Positions 36,273-47,262 of a DNA stretch of 64,000 bases are shown here, piece after piece. The stretch comes from Cyanidioschyzon merolae (Eukaryota): NCBI GenBank assembly GCA_000091205.1, contig AP006501.2. The stretch is one strand, 5' to 3'. Position 1 is the first letter of the stretch, and each line of letters begins with the position of its first letter. The position numbers and the translations under genes were made by a program. Under the pieces are notes generated by a model that saw nothing but the letters and a program-made list of their open reading frames with translations, was not told the DNA's origin and searched no databases.

Positions 36273-38029
36273 AGCTTTGGAATAGCCCGCCGGATCGCCG
36301 ACAGTACAGAATGCCACGTCGTCACCAGCGACGCAACAGCAATCACGTCACGAACACGCATCGACAGGTCAAGCGACTCGCGGAAGCGGCTCGTCGCTAT
36401 CGACGTTGTGGTTAACTGGCGCTCTGTACGTGCAATTTGCTGCTGCAGCTGCTGTACGGGTGGCTTCGTATTCCCGGATACGTGCGTATCCGCTGCAGAT
36501 GGTAGCGCGCGGATGCGGAGCAGGAATCACTGTCGGAGGTGCTGCAGTTTTAGAGGTAGGGACCATGAATCTAAACACAGTTCACCAAGTATGTTATTGG
36601 TGTCGGCATCCAAGAAAGCGGACACTCCTCTGCTCCAGGAAGATACTGCGTGGAATGCGAGCATCGGGAGATGCGCTCTAGTCCGGTTCGCAGTCATAAC
36701 AAAAACGGGCCGCTGTTCGAAAATGGTGCTGGTACGCGTGCTGCCGCCGTCGTGCTCATGGACTGCTGAAGCGGGCGGAAGGCCCGATTTCAACGAGTCA
36801 AGCACTTTGTCGCGCATATCTTCAAGCGAACCTTTTTGGCGTATACATGTGGGTTGCGGGTACTCGGTCTCAGACGCAGCATTGCGCAACTGCATGGGCA
36901 ACGACTTCGAGCTGCGGCTGGCGTTGGTACCTGGCTGCCTCCGAGGTACGCGTTCGCTCGCCAGGTGACTCAGGCGCCGCGTTCATCCCTATGAGCAGCG
37001 TCGAGAATCTCCATCTCAATAGGCTCGGTGTTGTGCACGTACGATCGAGGTGTCATCAAAATGGCCAAGCAGCTGGTAGAAAGGTCTCAAAGAAGCATTG
37101 CGAGTCATCGTGTCACCAGGTACGCCATGCGAAAGGCGCACGCTGTGCGGGACGTGTCCCCCGCAGCGTTGTTCAGAAGCGCCCTGCGGGAGCGTTCGCC
37201 TGCTCTGAGGTGCACACACCCCAGTGTGCAGTACCTCGACGATCTCGATCGAGAGTTTCCATTTAGATTGATCATACACCATCCAGTTGCACCGTATGCG
37301 CATACACGGATATCAGCTAGCGAATAGAATTCGTCACTGCGGCGCGAGACTTTGGCTACTAGCTAGTCTGGGGTGCAGACGCACTGCCCGCATCGAACGC
37401 AGCTCAGGTGGCGTCTAATCCGTGTCAAACTAGAACTGAACAGACCGTCCGACACGGGCGTATGTCGTAAAAACTAGGTCTTTCCTCAGTATCATCAACA
37501 AGAGCCTTTGCGGAACGTTCTATGACTGCTTTCTCTCCCTCCGTCTCATCTCCGACTTTAAATACACAAGTCTCTCCTTGCACCCCGGATTTGTTCGCAG
37601 CAGTCGATGGATGTTGATGACAGCGTTAAAGTCGCGATTTCAATGCTTCCAGCTAGTGTCGACGAATGCGATGCATTAGCGGGGGCTGCAATCGACGCAT
37701 CGCTTGCTATGTCCATCTGATTTTTATGCAGCCTCGTTGTGCCTGTCGCAGCGCTGGCCTTTGAATCCAGCCAGATGTTCCCAAATGTCCAGCATTTCTT
37801 CTCCTCCATGCACCGTTCCGCGGAATGTGAACACCTGCTTCATCGTTCGGTACAAGCCATAAATGGGTACAGAAGTATCCCTTCGATGCCGTGCTCCATT
37901 TCCACATCCGTAGCTACGCCCCATGACCATGGGCTTCCTCTCTGTGCGCTGATCCGCGCGTTCTCTGTCATCGGCATTCGCAAGCGCATGGCGCTCCGCT
38001 CGATACGAGCTTTGTAGAACGCGATGTTG

Positions 38030-38640
38030 TCCATGGTGAATCAAGTACCGGAAGGAAACCCTAGGCTGGAGAACGAGTCGAGAACTGTCGAACTGTCTAC
38101 GCTTCACACGAAGCGATCGCTGCGATGACTCAAGTCGGTGTCGAAGACCCGTATCCAAGCGAACCGAAGAGACCGGACCTACCCATGGAAGCATATCCCG
38201 CCGAAGGCACCATGCTGCTATCGAGCTCCTTTTCGGTCCGATAACCATAAAAAGAGGAAAATTTTTGCTTCGAACGGGATCGACTAGGTGACGTGAAGCG
38301 CCCAGTGCGCGTTCGGCATGTGCTTGGGAACACGACGCCAAGAGACATTCTCGAGTGTATTTCCAGGTGCGTCCAGCGACGCGAACTTCTTCGTCCATGA
38401 GTTGCCATGAAACAGAAAGATCGAAAAATTCAAGAATTCCTTATTTGATCATCTTATATGTAATGCGAGGCGATGCCTGGAACCTTGTGCGTTTGCGTTC
38501 GCTGGTGATATCGGTGATTTCACAAACCTTTGTTCAGTGGCGTCGCGAACCACGTACGTTCCGTTGAGGTAACGAGTCCCGGCGGCAACGCGTCGAAGCA
38601 GCCACTCCGCTAACACGCCAATGAACCCCAAGACAAAACA
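38030..38640 (+). repeat. Dispersed repeat copy B (homologous to 24840..25470).
   Basis: See copy A. Identity is roughly 70-75% in several co-linear blocks. This copy lies about 0.5 kb downstream of the minus-strand BFN nuclease gene. Confidence 0.6.
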
Positions 38641-39168
38641 TGAATCCGTAAGCCCTTATTGATGCTCTTCGAGTCGCGAGACAGTACACATATAGACTTG
38701 CAGAAAAATGAACGAAGAGCAGGAACAGAGCGAGACGTTCAGTGTCCTATTTTGTATCTGATACGGATAAACACGCGGGCTCGGCGCGCGCACTGCCTAC
38801 CGTTCGTCGCGGGGCCGCGAGTCGTTGAAACGAACCAGCGATCCACAAAAGCGAGATAGGTTGTGGGTTTTTCTCCCAGGGTCTCGACTCGTTGATACGA
38901 ACCCGGGATCCTCGACAGCGCGACGGTTTGCGTGCTGTTGCGTCTGCGCGTCCAGCGGTTGCGCGAAGCGCGAGCTGCACATATCCGCTCGCGGCGCATC
39001 CATTGCCAGAATCCATATCTTATCGAAAAGGACGCATTTTTACTGTTCATTTCGGATAAGCTGCATTCGTCAACATCGGTTCATCCGTCACTATCCCGTT
39101 CGTCGATCATGCTTCCAACCCAGTGATCGCCACCTTTCGAAACACCGCTCCGTCCATGATAGCACAAT

Positions 39169-40485
39169 CTACAACATCGAATCGTTGGGGCCCTCCTCGC
39201 TCTCCGGTCGCTGCTGAGGTTGCTGTGAGTCTTTCGAGTCGTTTGATGGCAGGTCAGAGATGTTCTTCGGGTCACGAGTTCCACCGAGGGATGACAAATC
39301 CAGATCTGGTTTCCACTCGGAGGTAGCTGGGAGGTTCGGATCATTCTCCAGTTTCCAAGTGATGATTTGATCACGGATGCGCGCTGCATCATCAAATCGC
39401 TGCTCCTCGATCGCCTTGCGAATGGCGTCGCGCATCGCGTCCAACGGGAACAGTCGCCGGAGCTCGTCTCGGATGCGTGCCGCTTCCATGTAGTCCTCCC
39501 GCGCGATGCACTCCTTGAGCTCGCGCTCCAGCTTGTGCACGGCATCGGTCTTGAACGGCGAGTTGTTCCGGAAGAGAGCAAGGATTGTTTTGCTCGACAT
39601 GCTTGTCTGAGGAGGGTTCAGGATCGGATCGTCGGGGCCGATGACCGGTCGAGGGTCAAACAGGCTGCGCGACTTGCGTGCGCTGGTACCCAGACTTCGG
39701 CCGCCTTCCGGATTGGCTGGGCGCACCACGTAATACTTTTCGATGGGACAGCCCGAAGAAAACAAAACCTGTCTCCGAACCCAGATAGGTACCTTGAAGC
39801 GTAACGCAAGCGCGATGGCATCCGAGGGCCGGCTGTCGATGTTCACTTCTTTGACTGCTCCCTCGGCACGCAGCCAGATCCGCGCAACGAAAGAGCCGCC
39901 CAGAACATGCGTCACGGCAACGCGAACTACGCGGATATTGCACGCTTCCAGAGCGTTCTTGGCAAGATCATGCGTACCCGGCCGCGCTGTCTTCTGACCA
40001 CTGCGAACGTTTTTGATCGCTTGCGCCTCTGTGTCGCCGATGAACATGGGCAGTATGTAGGAGGGTGTGAGAAAAGGCTGAAGGACAAGCAGCCAGCAAG
40101 CGCCGTTTTCGATTAAAGTGAGCACACGCGCCTCCAGAAAGTCCTGGTCGTATTCGGGTAGCCACTTGGGGTCGTCGAAGTTGGGCGGGCGACTAGCCTC
40201 CTCGTGCGGTGCTGCCATGTACAGGACTCCCGTCCGCGCGTGTTGCCCCCTGTGTAACCTTTGGGTTCCACGCGCCCAGCCTAGGCGCGAACGAGTTGGT
40301 GTCACGAAACGGTGCAGGCAGCTGCCGCACATTGGCAGCGACCACAGGGGAGCCTGCCACCCTCGTAGGTGCGCATCTACGCGTGTTGCCGACAAACGCT
40401 CCCGAGATCCTCCGGAAAGACCACCAGTCGCGCTAACAGAGCGTAGGAGTGTCACGCTTGTGAATGTAAGTTGAGAGGCGAACAT
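39169..40485 (-). CDS. Bifunctional nuclease (BFN/DUF151) domain protein with two C-terminal UVR motifs and an acidic tail. It resembles plant BBD1/BBD2.
   Basis: The DUF151 core is LLVLQPFLTPSYILPMFIGDTEAQAIKNVRSGQKTARPGTHDLAKNALEACNIRVVRVAVTHVLGGSFVARIWL...IDSRPSDAIALALRFKVPIWV. The UVR motifs are EDYMEAARIRDELRRL and QRFDDAARIRDQI. Confidence 0.8.
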   Translation of the reverse strand: MFASQLTFTSVTLLRSVSATGGLSGGSRERLSATRVDAHLRGWQAPLWSLPMCGSCLHRFVTPTRSRLGWARGTQRLHRGQHARTGVLYMAAPHEEASRPPNFDDPKWLPEYDQDFLEARVLTLIENGACWLLVLQPFLTPSYILPMFIGDTEAQAIKNVRSGQKTARPGTHDLAKNALEACNIRVVRVAVTHVLGGSFVARIWLRAEGAVKEVNIDSRPSDAIALALRFKVPIWVRRQVLFSSGCPIEKYYVVRPANPEGGRSLGTSARKSRSLFDPRPVIGPDDPILNPPQTSMSSKTILALFRNNSPFKTDAVHKLERELKECIAREDYMEAARIRDELRRLFPLDAMRDAIRKAIEEQRFDDAARIRDQIITWKLENDPNLPATSEWKPDLDLSSLGGTRDPKNISDLPSNDSKDSQQPQQRPESEEGPNDSML

Positions 40486-41790
40486 AGCTCCGCTCGTATG
40501 ATGTAGCGGTTGCAGCGCGGGCTACAGCACAGGCAGCCCCAACTGACGTGCGCAGCGCGCCTGGGCCCGCCTCCCGCGCCAGTTGAACGATCTCGGTAAA
40601 ATCTCCGCAGCGCATGCATGCGTGTTCGCGAATGCATGCGTGTGCGAGCGTCACGCGCGCAGCGCGGATGCGTTAGGGCATCGAGAGGATGCGATGTGCG
40701 CAACGCATCTGCGTTGGCGCCCCGCTGCGATTTTCGCGGGCAGGTTAGCATGGGATCGTCGGGGAGTAGTGGGGATCCTTCATGCGAGCGAGGAGGTGCT
40801 CGATCGCGAGATTATTCATTGCGTCCGTGATTCCGCAGCATCTGTTCAAGTTTCAGTGGCCAACGTCAAAATCACGACCTGTACTTTCCTTCGGAGGTCA
40901 CGCACAATTCGCGTGTGTCCCAGCTGCTACCGAGCCTGGAGTGCGTGTATGTGTGGGTGTTCGATATGGGCGGCACGGTGCTGGCCAAAGCGCTCGATCC
41001 ATGAATCCCACGTATTATCATGAAACATGGTTGCTGTCGGTACCAGATCGCTGGTATGACTGGGAAGCGATGTGTCGCGGTCGCGGTATCGGCTCGGAGT
41101 AGTCCAAGTCTGGCGGCAGTTGTGCGCTCAGTGCGGCGCCACGGGAGCGGGCACTGCGCGCCTGGAATCAGAATCCTGCTGCTCAGTCCGGGGCCCGTGC
41201 AGAGCAGATAGCTGCGGCGCATGCTTCTGGAGTATGCTTTTGATGGAAGACGACGGGCTGTCTCGTTCTCTTCGGCTCGCTGGGCAAGTGCATGTCGCAG
41301 GAGCATCAGGAGCACGCAGCGAGGCTGGTCACTATTCTCACGCCCGCGCACGATAGCTCTGGAGCATGATCGCCCTGAATGTGGTGACGCCAGCGACGAC
41401 ACAAACGCCCAATTCACGCCCCGTAGGTTGATGCAGAGGTCTGGTGCGCTCCTCCGGTGACCGCGGGTGTTGGACATTTGACGCGTTTAGGAAGCGTTCG
41501 ACCGCAGGCGCATCCAACAATTGATATATCCATATATGTTCATATAGTTACATCTTCGTCGCCAAGGCACAGAATCGTCGCGATACGCTGGGGCGCGACG
41601 CAAGCCGTGGCGCGTTCGCGCGCACTTCCGCTGACTTTCCTTCAGCGCTGCTCAACTGCGCCAAGCTCTCCATGACCAGCAGACGTAACTGGAAAGAGTA
41701 AAACAGTCGGCCAGATTAAAGCTTTCAATCATCTCTCCCTAACAAACCTTAGATTTTCAGCGCACACCAGCTGCAGCTCAATCAAAAACA

Positions 41791-44700
41791 ATGGGCATTG
41801 CCTCGTTTTTTCGGTGGGTTGTAGCACGCTACCCCAGGGCGCTGCAGGCGGCCGTTGAGGAGGCCCCCGTCACCGATCAGGCGGCGCTCGAGAACGGGAA
41901 CTACCTTGACGACAACGATTATCTTCACGTCGACGTCAGTCTACCTAATCCTAACGGAGAGGAGTTCTCGAACCTGTACTTTGATCTGAACGGCGTTGTC
42001 CATATGTGCACGCACCCCGAAGACCGCCCGCCTCCGGCAACGGAGGAGGACATGTTTCAGGACGTCTTTCGGTATATGGACCGCATTGTTGCGCTAGTTC
42101 GACCTCGTCGTCTCATCTACATCGCTATTGACGGCGTTGCGCCGCGGGCGAAAATCAACCAGCAGCGCACGCGGAGGTTTCGGGCCGCCAAGGAAGCCCG
42201 TGAGAAAACGGAGGAAGAGGAGAAGCTGCGCGCACTTTGGCGAGAGCAGGGCCTTCGCGTGCCGCCGAAGCCGAAGAAACCCTTCGATAGCAATGTCATC
42301 ACACCTGGAACGCTGTTCATGGAGCGACTCGCTGTTGCGCTCCGGCGCTACATCCGTGAACGGATTCGCTCTTGTCCCGCCTGGCGTTCACTGGTCGTTA
42401 TCTTAAGCGACGCCAGTGTTCCCGGCGAAGGCGAGCACAAGATAGCAGAGTTCATCCGAACGCAACGAGCGCAACCGGGTTACGACCCGGAAACGCGCCA
42501 CGTGCTCTACGGACTGGATGCGGACCTTATCATGCTTGCGTTGGCAACGCATGAGCCCCATTTCTTCATCCTGCGCGAGCGCATATACTTTGACTCGCGG
42601 GCCGACAAGGCTATACAGGCTGTAAAGGCAATGAACGCACAACAGACGCCAGCGGGCGATCGTATTGATCACAAGACCGGGACGTCGGCTGGGCCTGGTC
42701 TTCCATTGCCAGAGCGGCCCTTTGACTTTTTCCGTATCGATCGTTTACGAGAGTACCTGCAAGCCGAGTTTCGGGACGCACTGCAGCATGACGCTGTGCG
42801 GCAACCTCGTGAGCCGCTTGACGTCGAAATCGCTCTCGACGACTTCGTGTTTCTGTGCTTCTTCGTGGGCAACGATTTCCTACCGCATTTACCTTCGTTG
42901 GAGATTCGTGAGGGTGCAATCGACTTCCTCCTCGAGGTATACAAGTATAAGTTTCAGCGGATTGGTCATCTCACGGATGGACACGGTGGCATCCATTTCG
43001 ATCGAGTTCGCGAGTTGCTTCGGGATGTTGCGCATGTAGAGGACAGCGTCTTTCGGGAGCGGGCTCGCGCCGCTGGCGAGCCCCCGACGCCGGTGTCACA
43101 GCATGCTGCGGTCGTGTCGGGAGCTTCCACGGCAGCTGCGCGGACCCATACGGTTCCGGAAGTGAGCGCCAAGAAAGAAAGCGTTTCCGCGTCTACCCTG
43201 AGCATCAAGGCAGATGCAGAGACACCGCCGTCTCCTGGTGTGCACGTAGACGAACTCGACGCAGGTGTCTCTGCGCCGCATCGACAGAAGCGACATGCGT
43301 CAGAACAACATCAGAAACGAGCTGCAACAGAGGCCGATCCTGGCCTGGGACTTGTACCTCTGCCCCGCAAACACGTTAAAGAGAACAGGGCAACTAGTTT
43401 GCGCGACTGGAAGCAGCTCGAGCATCATCGATCGGAAGCGGCTGTCTCGAACGAAATCGACAAGATCGAAGCGGAGTCCTCGCGCATCACTGCTGCTGGC
43501 GGGGATGCCGAACAGGCACTACAAGCACATTGCGAGCAGGTGCTCGCGTCCGTTGCAGCACCCGTTGAACCATCTGCTCGAGACGATGACAACGATCACG
43601 ATGACGATGGTGTTGATGGGACTAGAACAGCAGCAGCTGCTGCAGCTGAAAGCACGGGAGACAGCAACAGAAAGCGCGCTGACGGTGTCCGAGGGAAACG
43701 ACGACGAATCGTCGAAGAGGACTCGGAGGATGCATCTCCGCTGGGGCACGGAACGCGCCAAACGAGCACCCTCTCGCCCTCTGCAAGCACTGACCAGTGC
43801 TTGGCGTGCCCAGATGACGCAAACGCCACAGACACGATTCGCACCGCACTCGGAGATCATAGCAAAACAAGCAAGAAGAGCGGCGAGGGTGTCGATGCGA
43901 GCCTCGCGACGGGTCGGTTAGCAGCGGCGGAGGCGAACACTGCAGCATCGCTGGAGACAGCGACACTGCCGGCTGCCGCCGAGAGGCATCAGTCGGTAAC
44001 CGAGGCGTCCACCGAGACGCTCAGCGTTCCCGAAACTTTTGGTGAAGCGCCCGAATCGGACGATACTGATGATGATGATAATGAGGATGATGTTCTCGAC
44101 GAGGTCCTCGATCATTACACCGACGCTGCAGGTCGACAATTTGAACACATCCTGCGCGAGCGTCTCAAACAGCGACAAACGCGACCACCAACGGAAGAGG
44201 ATCCTGTCCGATTCCACTTGCCTGGTTGGAGGGAGCGCTACTATCAGAGCAAATTTCCGCATTGGCCGCCGCTTGACACCGAGGCCGGAGCCCAGGCGCT
44301 GCAGCGTCTCTGTCGTGCTTATTACGAAGGACTCTTGTGGGTATATCGTTATTACTATGCGGGATGTCCCTCATGGGGCTGGTTCTACCCCTATCATTAT
44401 GCACCACTCGCGAGCGATCTCGCCCAATGCTGCGTAGACCAGAAGGATATCGTGTTTGAGCGCGGTGCGCCGTTCACGCCCCTGGAGCAGCTCATGGCAG
44501 TTTTGCCAGCATCAAGCGGCGCCCAGTGCCTTCCGCGGATTCTCTACGAACTCATGATCAATCCGCATTCTCCGATTATCGAGTATTACCCGACAGATTT
44601 TGCGATCGATTATAACGGTAAGAGATTCGCCTGGCAAGGGGTTGCGCTCCTGCCTTTTGTCGACGAGCAACGTCTCCGTCTGGCTATACAGAGCGTTCTC

Positions 44701-45882
44701 CAGGACGGTAGGGCGGCGGATCGTGAGCACGACCCCGACAAGCGGCGAATGCTCGAACGAGCCGACCCCACCAGAGCGTTCGGTACGGCGATACTGTTTG
44801 CGCATCGAGACTCGGAACTTGGTCTGCACCTTGCCCGGGTCTGGACGGATGCCACTTTGTCGCGTATCGGACTCAAACTGAACCGCAGCGTTGGCAATGG
44901 CGTCTTTGGACGGGTGCTACCTCTCAACGAGACACCAGTCGGGGATCAGCATCAGCACGAGGCACAGCGATGCGCCAGTGACTGTACACCAGACGCAAAC
45001 GATGAACACCAGGAGCGCTCCGTTCTCCAAGGCATTTGGACCAATGCGAAGCATCTACCTCACGTGCCACAGCTGTTGCCTGGTTCCAAACAACCGCCGT
45101 CGGTGCTAGGCGATGCTGACTTGCAAGCGCTTTTCGCGGGCCGTGCTGGTTGGAAATGTGCTCGTTTTGGGGTTCTGGGACATGCCGCCGAAACGTGGCG
45201 CCGCAAGCGCCTTGCGGAAAGCGCGCAAACGCCAAATGTTCCAAGCGTGGACACTGGTATGCGCGCGGCGCTATCTGGTACCTGGTCCAGCGCTTGGCCC
45301 CCAGTGCCGGAGAACGGCACGACGATGACGTGGCCTTGGTCGACAGGCGCGTTTCCGCAGGCATCGGCATCGAGCTCTTCAGGTGCGGAGACTGCGTCCA
45401 TGCAGTGGTGGCAGCAGCAGCAGCAGCAGCAGCAGCACGCCATGCCGGCGTTTGGCGCGGCTGCAAGCGCCTTGATGCCCCAGTATAATCCGTCGGGTTT
45501 CATGCCTTCGTACACGGCGGCGATGAACGGAACCATTGCATCTGGATCTGCAGGATATCCAGCAAGTCAGGATGCGATCCTGGCTGCCTACTACGGATAC
45601 GGAAATCCATGGATGCCTCTGGATACGAGGACAACAACTACAAGCAACCAGGCAATGTCATCCGGATCTGTTCTACCGCTGGGCTACGGAGCGACTGTTC
45701 CAACGTACAGCGGCTGGGGCGCACCCCATGCACTGGGCGGTATCCAGGGCTCGCTGCACCAGGCGCCATACGCCTCCGCTTGGCAACCAGCGGTGGAGAC
45801 GCAGACGGCTACGACGCGACGATCCCGTCCAAGACGTGGAAGGAGGCCCTCAACGAACAACGGAGGCCGGCAAGCTCCCTGA
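41791..45882 (+). CDS. XRN: 5'-3' exoribonuclease of the XRN family (XRN1/XRN2/Rat1-like), 1363 aa, with a low-complexity Q/G/Y/P-rich C-terminal tail.
   Basis: The N-terminus is MGIASFFRWVVARYP (XRN consensus MGVPAFFRWLS.KYP). Catalytic acidic clusters are present: NLYFDLNGVVHMC...YIAIDGVAPRAKINQQRTRRF...PGEGEHKI..FIR...YGLDADLIML. Confidence 0.9.
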   Translation: MGIASFFRWVVARYPRALQAAVEEAPVTDQAALENGNYLDDNDYLHVDVSLPNPNGEEFSNLYFDLNGVVHMCTHPEDRPPPATEEDMFQDVFRYMDRIVALVRPRRLIYIAIDGVAPRAKINQQRTRRFRAAKEAREKTEEEEKLRALWREQGLRVPPKPKKPFDSNVITPGTLFMERLAVALRRYIRERIRSCPAWRSLVVILSDASVPGEGEHKIAEFIRTQRAQPGYDPETRHVLYGLDADLIMLALATHEPHFFILRERIYFDSRADKAIQAVKAMNAQQTPAGDRIDHKTGTSAGPGLPLPERPFDFFRIDRLREYLQAEFRDALQHDAVRQPREPLDVEIALDDFVFLCFFVGNDFLPHLPSLEIREGAIDFLLEVYKYKFQRIGHLTDGHGGIHFDRVRELLRDVAHVEDSVFRERARAAGEPPTPVSQHAAVVSGASTAAARTHTVPEVSAKKESVSASTLSIKADAETPPSPGVHVDELDAGVSAPHRQKRHASEQHQKRAATEADPGLGLVPLPRKHVKENRATSLRDWKQLEHHRSEAAVSNEIDKIEAESSRITAAGGDAEQALQAHCEQVLASVAAPVEPSARDDDNDHDDDGVDGTRTAAAAAAESTGDSNRKRADGVRGKRRRIVEEDSEDASPLGHGTRQTSTLSPSASTDQCLACPDDANATDTIRTALGDHSKTSKKSGEGVDASLATGRLAAAEANTAASLETATLPAAAERHQSVTEASTETLSVPETFGEAPESDDTDDDDNEDDVLDEVLDHYTDAAGRQFEHILRERLKQRQTRPPTEEDPVRFHLPGWRERYYQSKFPHWPPLDTEAGAQALQRLCRAYYEGLLWVYRYYYAGCPSWGWFYPYHYAPLASDLAQCCVDQKDIVFERGAPFTPLEQLMAVLPASSGAQCLPRILYELMINPHSPIIEYYPTDFAIDYNGKRFAWQGVALLPFVDEQRLRLAIQSVLQDGRAADREHDPDKRRMLERADPTRAFGTAILFAHRDSELGLHLARVWTDATLSRIGLKLNRSVGNGVFGRVLPLNETPVGDQHQHEAQRCASDCTPDANDEHQERSVLQGIWTNAKHLPHVPQLLPGSKQPPSVLGDADLQALFAGRAGWKCARFGVLGHAAETWRRKRLAESAQTPNVPSVDTGMRAALSGTWSSAWPPVPENGTTMTWPWSTGAFPQASASSSSGAETASMQWWQQQQQQQQHAMPAFGAAASALMPQYNPSGFMPSYTAAMNGTIASGSAGYPASQDAILAAYYGYGNPWMPLDTRTTTTSNQAMSSGSVLPLGYGATVPTYSGWGAPHALGGIQGSLHQAPYASAWQPAVETQTATTRRSRPRRGRRPSTNNGGRQAP

Positions 45883-47262
45883 ACCTGCACGTCTGCTTGT
45901 CGGGCATCGTGTCAGGCGTACCGTCAAGTGCGCACGCTACGAGCCCCTAGTCCAAGTGGATACTCGAGTTGATGCTGTAGATGCCTACATCGCATGCAGA
46001 AGGAGCCCTTCGAATATAACTGTAAACCCTGTACAGCGCCGCTCGTTTCCATGAATGATACAGAACATATGCTGGATACCACCTAGACAGGAGCTGAAGC
46101 CCGTGTGCTGCAAAGTGTTGCACTCGGTACGACCATGGTCTTTTGGTGCAACGCAGGAGCATCCGGTTGTTGTTTAGCGAGTGCTCGACACGCGTGCGGC
46201 TTTCGCACCAGTTCCCCGCTGACGTGCGGTGCTGCGCAACCCAGGGATGCGAGCACCGGAGCACTCGACTTTGCCGGCAGCTCGATGAGTCGGTATTTCA
46301 ACGAAGCGCTAGCGATCCAGCGCTCTGCAGGTGCTCCTGCAGAGTCTGTGGTGGCCAAATGCGGACCAGGAACTGGTAAGGACGCTGAGCTGCAGTGTTG
46401 TGGACCTGATCTTGGTGCGGTGCGTCCGCCTCGCTTGACTCGTGTGGATGTACTCGCGAGAACGGGGCGCGTGCGTCCCCTGTGGTTAACCGTGTCACTT
46501 GCAACTCTGAGCACGTGGGAAAGCCTCAACACGTACCGGGAGTTGTGATTGTATCGCGTTTCTTCTCAGGTTTGGTTTTGCGGAACGCACCGGTGCACTC
46601 ATACCGGCAGGACAACGATCGTGAAAGCGTTCCCCGGGGTGTTTTACGAAAGCTCCAGAGTTTTCCGAGTCTTGCGAAAGAGCCAGCAGCTTCCACAGCT
46701 ACCAGGGTTTATCGTTTTACGTGCTGGGCTCGAGTCGTTCAGAAGCAGCCCGGGGGCTCTTTCTGCTCCCACAGCCAATCGCACTCACCGTATCGAGTGC
46801 TGAACTCTAGTCACCCAGAGACAGATTGGGAAGTTTTGCCTCACCAGGGAAGAGAGAAGAGTGTAGCAAAGGCTCCAGTATGAACGTCATGGTAAACATG
46901 AACCCAAACAGACACACCTAGTCATGTGGCCCTGCAACGTTCAGTACAATACAATCAGTCAAGGCGAGCGAGTATCTGGCAGATACGAACCAGCAAAACC
47001 TGGACTCTTGAACGACGTATCGTTGTACCCTGGTGGGACCCTGGCGTCGACGCGTTTACCCTCGAACCCGAAGCCGTCTCTGTGCTGACAACTCGCAAGT
47101 CGTCTGTCGTCGATCGACTACGCAAACAATCTTTCTTTTTACGAACAGTCTGCGGAGGACTGGGGCGTTCCCCTTCGTTCACGGAGACGACGCAGTGCTT
47201 CACGGTGGTGCAGCGGGTCGCTGGGCTGCGGCGCTGCCACGCACCGGGCACCAGCAGGTGCC

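Noticed and set aside
36408-38398. ORFs 36408..36968(+) and 37724..38398(-), lying between accC and the BFN gene, considered as genes.
   Set aside because: They have no recognisable domains. The second overlaps the dispersed repeat copy, and there is no evidence beyond ORF length.
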